Made by a program: the position numbers and the translations under genes | DNA from: the human T2T-CHM13v2.0 reference genome, Homo sapiens | NCBI RefSeq assembly: GCF_009914755.1 | Contig: NC_060928.1 | Reading direction: 5' to 3' (one strand) | DNA: 64,000 bases | The notes under the pieces: model-generated | Databases searched by the model: none | What the model saw: only the letters and a program-made list of their open reading frames with translations | What the model was told of the DNA's origin: nothing | In this document: piece after piece, positions 54,760 to 64,000 of the stretch | Layout: the number at the start of each line of letters is the position of its first letter | How positions within the stretch are numbered: position 1 is the first letter of the stretch

Positions 54760-55790
54760 ATATCAAAGGAATATTTAAGTTACAGGAGAATTAGTATGAA
54801 ATATACATTCATATACATTAATATGAAGTATACACTCATAGGGTATTGTTAGGTGCCATAGGAAATTGAGAAACCTGTTATCTTTCCACAATCCAAATAT
54901 TTAAGAATTAACTATAGAAACATATGTACATAAAGAATTGTAAACAACAGTATGACAAATTTTCTATCAAATTTTAAAAATGTAGGAAGTAACGACAATC
55001 TAAGTGGTATAATGCATATTTAATATTTTCTAGGGATGTATGTATGCTTGATATATTTACCAACTTTGATTTTTCAATGTAATATATACACTTTGAGAAG
55101 TAAATTTAGGTGTTCATAAATTAAGGAGAAAGTAGCCAATAAAAATGAAGTGTCAGTTTCATTTGAATAGGGATTTTTAAATGAATAATTTACAATATAT
55201 AGAGAGAGTTATAAAACATGAAAAATATTTCAAATAGTATAAAATATATGTGAATATTTATATGGTGCCAGAAAGAATATCTTAGAAGAAATACAAAGGA
55301 AATAACCTATTTTACTACAAAAATATGAACGTTTTAAAACCCAAAACAAATTAATGGCTTATTGCTAGCTGGAAATTTCTATGCACTCTGGAATAACTAT
55401 GAAGCAAGACCAACATTCTAGGAGAAAATTATCAATATTTGTTAAGAGCAGAAAAATGATCATTTTAAAAATATATTAATTCTCAATCTAAGAGTATTCT
55501 AGAGAGTACTAATAAATGTAAGGAAAGATAAAACATCAAAATATCACCTTAATACAAAAAGGAGTGGAAATTTTATAATTGACTAACACCAGGTTATAGG
55601 TTAAATTAATTGTGCTACATCTTATAACAGATCAAGAGTCACCATTGAAAAATCATTCTTGAAAAGAGCATATCTTGCTGTGAACTTTGAAGAGACTATT
55701 TATTTATATGAACAAATACAATATAACCTTAAATGACATCAAGGAAAAAAAAACTATTTTTCAGTACAATTCCAATTTCAAAACCTTAAA
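54760..55790 (+). mobile_element. Very old L1ME-like remnants
   Basis: A-rich degenerate motifs (caaatatttaagaattaact, ggaataactatgaagcaagacc). Confidence 0.4.
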
Positions 55791-55860
55791 TATAATGAAT
55801 GTCACATGCTAGACTATTCCTAGATACTCTTGCGTTTGGGGTTTATCCTCCTAATAATTA

Positions 55861-56746
55861 TGTAACAGGATGTTATAACACTATCGAACTACCCTGGTTT
55901 TAGTTTCAGCTAAAGCCCCAAGACTATTATTGAGACCACCATACAGAAATTGTAAAGAGGAGTCATTAACCCTTATTAGGAACACTTAGCCTGTGAAGAT
56001 AAAAAGACCCAGGATTAGAGAGAACAGTTTGTTGATGTGTAATGAGTCCTACACACTTGTAAGATGGAGGGGTCAGTGTGCTTGCCCTTCAAATCATGCT
56101 TTAGGAAAGGGGATTAAAGGAGATGTGCAAAGAGTTTAATATACAAGCCGAATACTTTGGAGAACACAGTGGACTTGCGTCTGCCTTACAGACACACCTG
56201 AGACATCTAACATGGAAGGATCTGGTTGGCTGGTTTATGACAGCAGAGGGAAGGAGAGTTGGTGTCACTCGCCAACTGACACTCCTAGAGTCTTTCTGGA
56301 CAAAAGATGCATTAGTGTTAATGGCGAAGCTAGGGATGAGCGACACATGTGAGTGAGAGTTAACTTTGGTACTCTATAGTGAGGTGAATTGTCAGATTTC
56401 TCACGGCCAAGGAAAGAGCCAGCAGCAGCCAGAGATGAATTGCCCCGCATGAAGAGAACGCTTGTTAAGAAATTCACAGCAATAAGTTGGTATCTCCAAA
56501 GAGCTATAATAACACTCAGAAAAGTAAGGGTCAGCTTAAAACTCTGTCCATTCCCAGGAACACCTCATGACAACCCGAAAAAGAGAAGTAGGACTTTCCC
56601 TGCCTCTTTCTGCCACTCTAAACTTGCTCACCCACAATCCTGGTGAGGATGGGAGCTGAGAATGACAAGCTGGAGATGAAGATACTGCAGAGTAAGTCAG
56701 GAAAGAGAAAAGAAGCCAACGGGGCATCCTTGTTGGAAATTTTACA
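55861..56746. mobile_element. Possible ancient (Gypsy-type?) solo LTR
   Basis: GC-richer ~885 bp block bounded by tgtaa...ttaca inverted termini; no clean TSD. Confidence 0.4.
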
Positions 56747-57424
56747 TTTTATTTATTATTAGGCTGAACAAATTCATTACTATACCATTTTTATTATTAG
56801 AAATCAATTAGAAAACTAGTACGATTTATTCCATCCAAATTTCACCCAAAGGAAAGGGAGAAATTTAGCTTCAAATATTAGACTTAAAAGGTTAGCAGCA
56901 TACAAATATAGTTGCTTTCACATTGAATATCACGTCATGCTTGATCAATGCAGCTGCTATATAAAAATAAAGTTGTCCCCATTTCTTGTATTTTAGAGAA
57001 TCCAATATCTACCTATCTCCCCCACCACAGTGTGCCCAGGATTTTCCTGGATATAGATGATTTTATTCCTGTTCCTGCCTCATCACTTATAGCTGTTTAT
57101 TTCTCTCTGCCCAGCACTAATTCAAACATTACAATACAAGTCCTCTACCTTGATATTTAAAAAATATCTCTCACAAAGGGAGTTATATTTAATAGACTCC
57201 TGCTCACAACTTGGGGTTATAGGCAGGGTGGGGGAGTACTTTTTTGTGTATTATAAAAGTTAGCATAAAATTAAATATAAGGCACACTAGATTTTAGAAA
57301 TTCCTTGGCCATATTCACCTCACTGAACTTCATTCTGGTTAGTTTTCAACCCTCAAGTTGCCCAATTCCCGGCTGTGTTGCTGACCTTCACAATCCTGGG
57401 AGATCATCCTATATGTTTCCCAAC

Positions 57425-57620
57425 TTTTCCAGTATTAGTTATGGGGCCTGGGTCAGGTTACTTAGCATCTTCCTATCTTTCTTTCCTTTTCCCTTAAATT
57501 GGGATACTATGAGTAGCTACCTCACAGGATTACTGGGAAAATTAAATGGACTGACATGTATAAAGCAATTAGCTTAGTGCCTGGTACAGAGTTTATGTTT
57601 CATAAGGTACTCAGCTTGCA
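57425..57620 (+). mobile_element. MIR SINE
   Basis: ctgggtcaggttacttagcatc...tacctcacaggattactgggaaaattaaatg...tgtataaagcaattagcttagtgcctgg. Confidence 0.75.
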
Positions 57621-57812
57621 TTTTGTTTCTTCTACTCATCATAAGTATGCCCTAGAGGGTAAGGTAGAATGGGAGTGGTTTCCTTCTTACATGAAAAGAA
57701 CTCCTCAAAATGTTTTCCTAAGTGAAACAGTTCTCACTCCCAATACAATGAGTTACCTCCTTGAAAATAATATTATTTTCCTCTCCTGGACTTGTATGTC
57801 AAAAAATACAGT

Positions 57813-58652
57813 CAAAAGAATTGTATGAAATAGACTAAAATATTATTTATGTGTATTTCTGGATATAAAGTTGTGAAAGTTATTTTTATGCATATTGTAT
57901 TTTATATATCAAATCTGAATTTCTTTTCTAAAAACAGAGATCTTACTTATTACCACCATGCCTTACTAACAATTTCATGAATATAGGCGATCAATGAACT
58001 TAATCAAAGAAGGTCTGGGACATTGAGAGTGGTGACTTAGGACCCTCCTTCCTACATTAGATGCTCACTTCTGGCCCAGAGCAAGTGATGAGGCCTCCAA
58101 GGAGGGTTTTGCAGTGTTATATACCACAGCAGAGTGAGGGTTCAGTCTATAAAATATCTCTATTTTATACAGTTTGTATGACAGTTTCCAGGGAGTCATG
58201 CCTCATAAATTCATATGTTCTGTATTTATTTATAAGCAATACTTAGGGATAGCCTATTAAAGAATTAAATAAAGAAGGCTTATCCTAGTAAATATCATTA
58301 GTCTACCTTGTGGTTCAATTATTATGTTCACAAGAACATTCATTTCAATCATCAGTCTTCTTTTCATTTCCCCTGGGTGCAATCTCCTGGTATTGGGGGA
58401 GAAATAGATTTCTGGCCAGTTGCTTTAACAGCATCTACCAATTCACTGTCTGAACTCAGTTAATATCTTCTTGCCACACATTTCTCTAGTTATTATTATT
58501 TGTTTTACTATATTTTAACAAAGAATTAAGGCATCTAATACCTTAAAAAACCCCAAAAGAATTGGAGGAAATAGACTAAAATATTATATATGTGTATTTC
58601 TGGATATAAGGTTATGAAAGTTTATTTTTATGCATATTATATTTTATAGATC
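57813..58652 (+). repeat. Dispersed ~98 bp direct duplication (57813-57910 and 58554-58652)
   Basis: caaaagaattg...gaaatagactaaaatattat(t/a)tatgtgtatttctggatataa...tttttatgcatatt(g/a)tattttata occurs twice. Confidence 0.95.
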
Positions 58653-59214
58653 TTGTTCAAATCAACAAGATTTTAACTACCTAATAGGGACTATGAATAA
58701 AATATATCCATAGTGAAAATATTTATTTAAAAGTCTTTTGATACATTTATTCCATTTAATTAGTGTTTATCTTCAATTGCACATTTTATATGATTTGATG
58801 GAGACACTTAATTGAACAATGCAATGTTTATAAGGTCAAATTCACTTTCTTCTCTGGACAATCCATTTTAACATGTTTTTAATCAATGGGAGGATTCAAT
58901 CCAACCTCTCAAAGTGTTTCCTTTTCCTGGGAAGCATCATTTGCATAAGTCTAGTTTTCACTTACTTATATTAATAAATTACAAACCCTCTAATACACCT
59001 TGTAGCTATGACAGAGAGATTGATGTAGTGTTTGACACACCATACATTAGTAAAACTTACAGTATCAATCAGGGCAATGTGTCTCTTCTTTTCTTTAGAT
59101 TACAGATTACTAAGAACCCAATATTCCTTTTTCAGAGAAAAGAAGTCCAAGGATTTTCTTTCAATATTGGCCATTAGTCAGCACCCAGATCTGAGAGAGA
59201 TGTCCAACAGTGTT

Positions 59215-59445
59215 ATTCTTGAGCTTATTTATTTTGCATAACTGAAACTTTATTCCAATTGAAGAACTCCCATTTTTCCCTCCTTTTAACTTTTGGTAAC
59301 CACCATTCTATTTTCTGCTTCTAAGAGTTTCTCATACCTCATATGAGTGGAATCATGTAGTATTTGTCCTTCTGTTGCTGGTTTATTTCACTTAACGGTA
59401 ATGTCTTGCACATTCATCCATGTCGTGAGAAATAGTAGGATTTCC
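59215..59445 (-). mobile_element. L1MA 3'UTR fragment
   Basis: cataactgaaacttta...tggtaaccaccattcta...cctcatatgagtggaatcatgtagtatttgtcc. Confidence 0.8.
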
Positions 59446-59682
59446 ACAGACATTTTTAAATGATTTTCTCTGTTGACTGACTGTGGGGTGCAGTTTCTTA
59501 TCTCATTAGCCAGTGCATGGCCTGAGAACCCAGTGCCTGCTCACTTCAAGAAGCAGATAATAATTCTGGAAATCTGACTAAAGCATCTGCCTTATTCCAA
59601 ATCTCTTCTGAGTCAACAACTAGTTATTTCTGGTAGTTATGTACATGACACACTTGAATTCTTCCCTAAATTCCCATGAAAT

Positions 59683-59705
59683 TTGTTGTTGTTGTTGTTG
59701 TTGTT
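59683..59705. repeat. (TTG)n microsatellite
   Basis: Seen directly. Confidence 0.9.
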
Positions 59706-60023
59706 TTTTAATGAATGCCCATTCCCTTGACAACAACAACAAGGCCATTGGCTATAAGTGAAAAGTCTTTGAACTGCTTTCATCTCTGTCCAATGTGCAG
59801 GTGTGCCCTTGTCTTCTTCCATTAAGCTTTCCCCATCTGCAGGGTGTATTGCCGTTGTTTTCCAAACAAGTGACATAATCCAGAAACTCTCATCAGTGAA
59901 CCAGACAACTTACTTTGCTTCATGGGGAGCAATTCGCAAGACACAGAACATGCAGCAATTAACCTGGAAAAGTCTGCTGAGGGCTTTATTTGATCGGCTC
60001 TATAGTCAGTGAGGCAACCTGCT

Positions 60024-60396
60024 TGATATGGTTTGACTGTGTCCTCACCTAAATCTCATCTTGAGTTGTAGTTTCTATAGTCCCCACAAGTCATGGGAGG
60101 TGCCCAGTGGGAGATACTTGAATCATAGGGGTGGTTACCCCCATGCTGCTGCTCTCATGATAGAGAGTACTCATGAGATATGATGGTTTTATAAGGGGCT
60201 TTTCCCTTTTTGCTCAGCACTTCTCTTGCTGCTACCATGTGAAGAAAGACATGTTTGCTTCCCCTTTTGCGATGATTGTAAGTTTCCTGAGGCCTTCTCA
60301 GCCATTCTGAACTGTCAGTCAATTAAACCTCTTTCCTTTATAAATTACCCAGTCTCAAATATGTCTTTATTAGCAGTGTGAGAACAGACTAATACA
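60024..60396 (+). mobile_element. THE1 (C/D-like) solo LTR
   Basis: tgatatggtttgactgtgtcc...caattaaacctctttcctttataaattacccagtctc...gactaataca; perfect TSD ctgct at 60019-60023 and 60397-60401. Confidence 0.95.
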
Positions 60397-62650
60397 CTGC
60401 TCCTGTATGCAGTGATTCCCTTCTGTGTACTTGCCCACTTCCCAAAGTATGCTTTTTAACATCCCATTTCTAATTTCTGAGTGAACTTTGGCTGTGCTGT
60501 TTGATCCCTATATGAATGTTTCTGACATCATCCAAGACAAAGTTGGTTTCCCTAGCTTTGGAGTTATCTGATGCCCTTCTGTTAGGGCACAGTTTTGATG
60601 ACCACCACTCAGTAAGAAGCAATCAATTGTCTTTTAAATGGTTTATTAGGAATAGCTATTTTGCCTAACATTTGTTCTCAAAAAATAAGAGGTCTTCACT
60701 GAACTCTTTCATTTCTGCAGATAGCTCTAGTCTGTGTATGTTCTGGTTTCGGGTGCATCTAATATTATCTGTGCAGTCAAATCATACAATCCTAATAGAC
60801 CTTCCTGCATCACCACCCTCCAAAAATCCTTTAGCAATTTCTTCTGCTCAGAGCCTCTACTCAAATTCAGTTATCTTTCTGGTGACTTTGTGAACAGAGG
60901 TCAATAGCATTCTTAGATTGAAGAAAACAAAAACAAAAAACTGCAAAAGCCTAAGTAAGCTCTATTTATCTCTAGGTCTCTTACTCATTTGCAGATTCTG
61001 TAAGCGATAATTTTTTATGGTTTCAAAAAATGTCTCTAGTTGCTCCAGTCAATGTAATTCCAAGGGCTATGGATATTATCTGAGCTCATCAGCCTGGCTC
61101 TATTTGTCATGTGAGTCACCACAGTCCTTAACTCCTCTTTAATTCTTATGAGAGGAGAAGCTTTTATAATATAATCAATTTACTAACTTGCTTTGCATAT
61201 TTGTTAAGTCCAGGTCCCACTTCATGAAATTATCAATTGTGCAGGCAAATTCAAACATACTTCTGGCAATATAGTAAATGTATACTGAGTCCTATTCTGT
61301 GAGAATGCATATTGTACCTGGCTGTTCCTGGAAATTGAGATGGAGAAGAAAGCACTAGGCAAGTTTCTAATGACATAGCCATCCTCCTTGGCTTGTTGTG
61401 CATCCTATACAGTGTTTACCACATCAGGTACAGTTGAAGCAATTAGGACAACTACTTGTTGAATGCTTGATAATCTACAGTTAACCTTCAGGGACTGGCC
61501 AGACAGCTCTGTTAATGGGGAAGCTAATGGGAACCAATAATCATACCTCAAGTATTCCCTTAATCAGGGCAATAATCTCTTGTACGTTCCTGGAATTCTG
61601 TATTGTTTACAATTTATTCTAGGACAACATAGGAAATTCCAAAAGTCACCGTTCAGCATGGCCAGTTAAAACTCCAGGAAGGGTGATTAGGCAATATACT
61701 TCCCCAACAAAAACGGAAAAAGGGAACATTCTCTATTAGCACATAATATCTATCCCAATTATGCATTCAGCTAAAGGCCATTAACCAGTGAAAAGTCTCC
61801 CCAGTCATATTCTTCACTCCTAAACTTATTCTGATGCTAGTCCCCCCAACATGGCATCTCCAAATCCTGCTAGTTTCAGCTTTGGGTCTTTCATAGCACT
61901 GCCTTGATTTATCATAAGTGCTACTGAACATTGAAAACCTCTATCTAGTCATTTTAGAGGCTTTGCCTACCAGTTCCTGGCTTTTTTACCAGGATTTGCT
62001 GGATTTTTACCAAATATTTGCAAAAGGCCTATGATTGCTTGTTTGGGGTAGGATAAGAATATCTCAGTCTCTCAGCCAACCTTTTTCAGACTCAATGACT
62101 TTATCTATGGAAACACATTCAGGCTGCTGTTTAAGTACTTTCCATTTTGAATCTTGATTCTCATCAGTTGATTTGATTTTTCTAGACTATAATAATTTGA
62201 GTGAACTTGCAGTGACACTTTAAGAAGTGGGAGGGAGGATCAGAGCAGCTCCCCACCTTCCAAATGTGGATACTGTTGTTCTAACTTCTTAGTAGAAACA
62301 GTAAGATTCTTTCTCTCTCTTTTTACACTGCTTTTTATAAACCATCTAAAGAGCTCCACTAAGTTGAGGGGATTCTTATTTCCTTTTTCTCTTCATGGTC
62401 CTTTCTTTTGTGTGCATAGATCTTTTTATCATCATGCAGCCCCCTCTGCATTACCTGAGCTGGCAGGTTCATCATCATCTCCTAAATATTCCCTTGGTTT
62501 CCCATTACATAAGGAGAACAGGAGACAGAAGCTCTCCAAAGTAGCACGTGTTTCATTATCTGTGCCAGAAACATTAAATTGATTGCGTCTTTCTGATCAT
62601 CAAATAGACAGGTTGGTGTTGGTCATTCACACCATGCCTGAAGCATGAAA

Positions 62651-62831
62651 AGACATATGACACTTGTGAGTCATATGTCTCATATGTCTCACAATGAGTC
62701 ATGTTGTGAGTCATATTGTGACATCTGTGAGTCACGTGTCTCATGTGTCTCACAATGAGTCACATTGTGAGATAGGAAATTACCTATCTCACAGGGGAGG
62801 GGATAGGGAATTTACCCCTCTCAGGAGAGGG
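62651..62831. promoter_or_regulatory. Tandem and inverted repeat cluster with five AP-1 sites and an E-box (candidate enhancer)
   Basis: TGAGTCA at 62667, 62695, 62707, 62728 and 62756; GTCACGTG at 62731; motifs seen directly, function inferred. Confidence 0.5.
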
Positions 62832-64000
62832 TTGCTATGCTTCTACTTTTACCGGTTATATAGATTAATTATTATACCACATGAAAATACCTGCTTACAG
62901 AAGTTTTCAGACACTGGGGATTGGCCTTCAACTTACATAGCTCTAAAATTAGTGAAATTTCCTAGACAGGTGAAGAAGCCCTGCAAGTAATGATTTACCT
63001 GGCTTCTACTGGTATTTTTATGTAAAACATTTGAAAATTTACACAGAATATCCTTGGGATTTAGTAGTCACCTGATCTTAACCTCCAGTTATTTGTGTAT
63101 TTTTTGAGTAATCAATGGCCTTGTTTATGCTACTTTGTGAAGAAGTGGGACATCATTCCAAGTAGTCATATAAGTACAAGTATGCCTTCCATGACAGGAA
63201 AGAAAAGGCTCACAGCAAAGAATAGTAGAATTTGGAAATTTTTTTTCTTAGGATTGGGTAATTATAAGCAATACATAGATTTTATTGTTCTTTGCTTGAA
63301 GGGAACTTATAGGTCTTACTTTATCAGCACCACTAGCACTAGCCAGGGGATAGAAATTGTTCTATCTTCCCCTCTTCCAGCCACCCTTCATCAATCCATT
63401 TAGCCATTTCCCTCATATCTAAGTGTACTTCCTCCACATTCCATTGCATCAAAGATTTGCTATCATCAATGTCCTATCATCAATGGGTAGGACTCAACTT
63501 GTAATTAGATCTTCACTATATTTTTTATATACTTTTTATTGCTAAAAATGACCCAGCCCATTAAGATTTATGAGATTAAAGCATAGTTCTGCTTGCACTG
63601 CCAATCTGTGCTAACACAAAGTCTCAGACTGGCAAAGAAACATGGTTCAAAAGCTTTACCAGTTCTGAAATGTACTAATAATTTCAAGAATACAGGCAAC
63701 CAAGAGGCTCAGACAGCCCTGGGGGGTTGTCTGCGAGTAGACCAGTTCCCTGGCACTTTCCATGTTTGAGATGTAGTCTCAGGTTCGAATAGAAGATGAG
63801 GTCTCCTGGTGGAGTTTTGCTTGGTTGACTCACACAGCAGAGGAATATTTAGTCTATAAAATATTGCCACCTTATACCTCAGTTTAAGGGACATTTTCCA
63901 GGGAGCCAAGTATTATAAATCCTTAGGGTCTTAATTTATTAATGTTTTCTACAGGCAATCCTTTACCAGGGACATTCTGTTAAGAACTTTTCATAGATAA

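Larger units (their letters stand above)
59465..63560 (-). mobile_element. Ancient ERVL internal gag-pol fossil (RT, RNase H, integrase start), split by THE1
   Basis: Hand translation gives KQYRIPG, RLTVDYQ, IASTVPDVV, NLPSAFFSISI, QYAFSQNRTQYTFTILP (RT, about 61200-61620) and WFTD...WKTTAIHPADGESLMEEDKGTPAHWTEMKAV (RNase H, ORF 59637..59876); gag boundary approximate. Confidence 0.85.

Noticed and set aside
59743-59760. Inverted CCAAT next to TATAA as a promoter
   Set aside because: The spacing is wrong and it lies in decayed ERVL RNase H coding sequence.
62651-62771. CRISPR-like array
   Set aside because: Mammalian DNA, no constant repeat with unique spacers, and no cas genes.

Overview
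This is AT-rich, Alu-poor, LINE/LTR-rich primate (probably human or other great ape) genomic DNA, either intergenic or deep intronic. I can support no cellular protein-coding gene, tRNA, rRNA or CRISPR array; every long ORF in the track that I can identify is a transposon relic (L1 ORF2, Tigger1 transposase, ERVL pol). Subfamily names come from my recall of consensus sequences, not from a search. Highlights: (1) a full-length L1PB whose target-site duplication also encloses a MaLR LTR fragment ending at that LTR's poly(A) site, i.e. an ancient 3' transduction; (2) a 5'-inverted L1PA2-like insertion with a ~1.4 kb internal gap, nested in a MER4 LTR; (3) five perfect AP-1 sites in a chain of tandem and inverted repeats inside an ancient ERVL; (4) two very decayed ERVL gag-pol fossils; (5) three short non-tandem local duplications, one carrying a unique MER44/L1 junction; (6) a few weak candidate non-coding exons.
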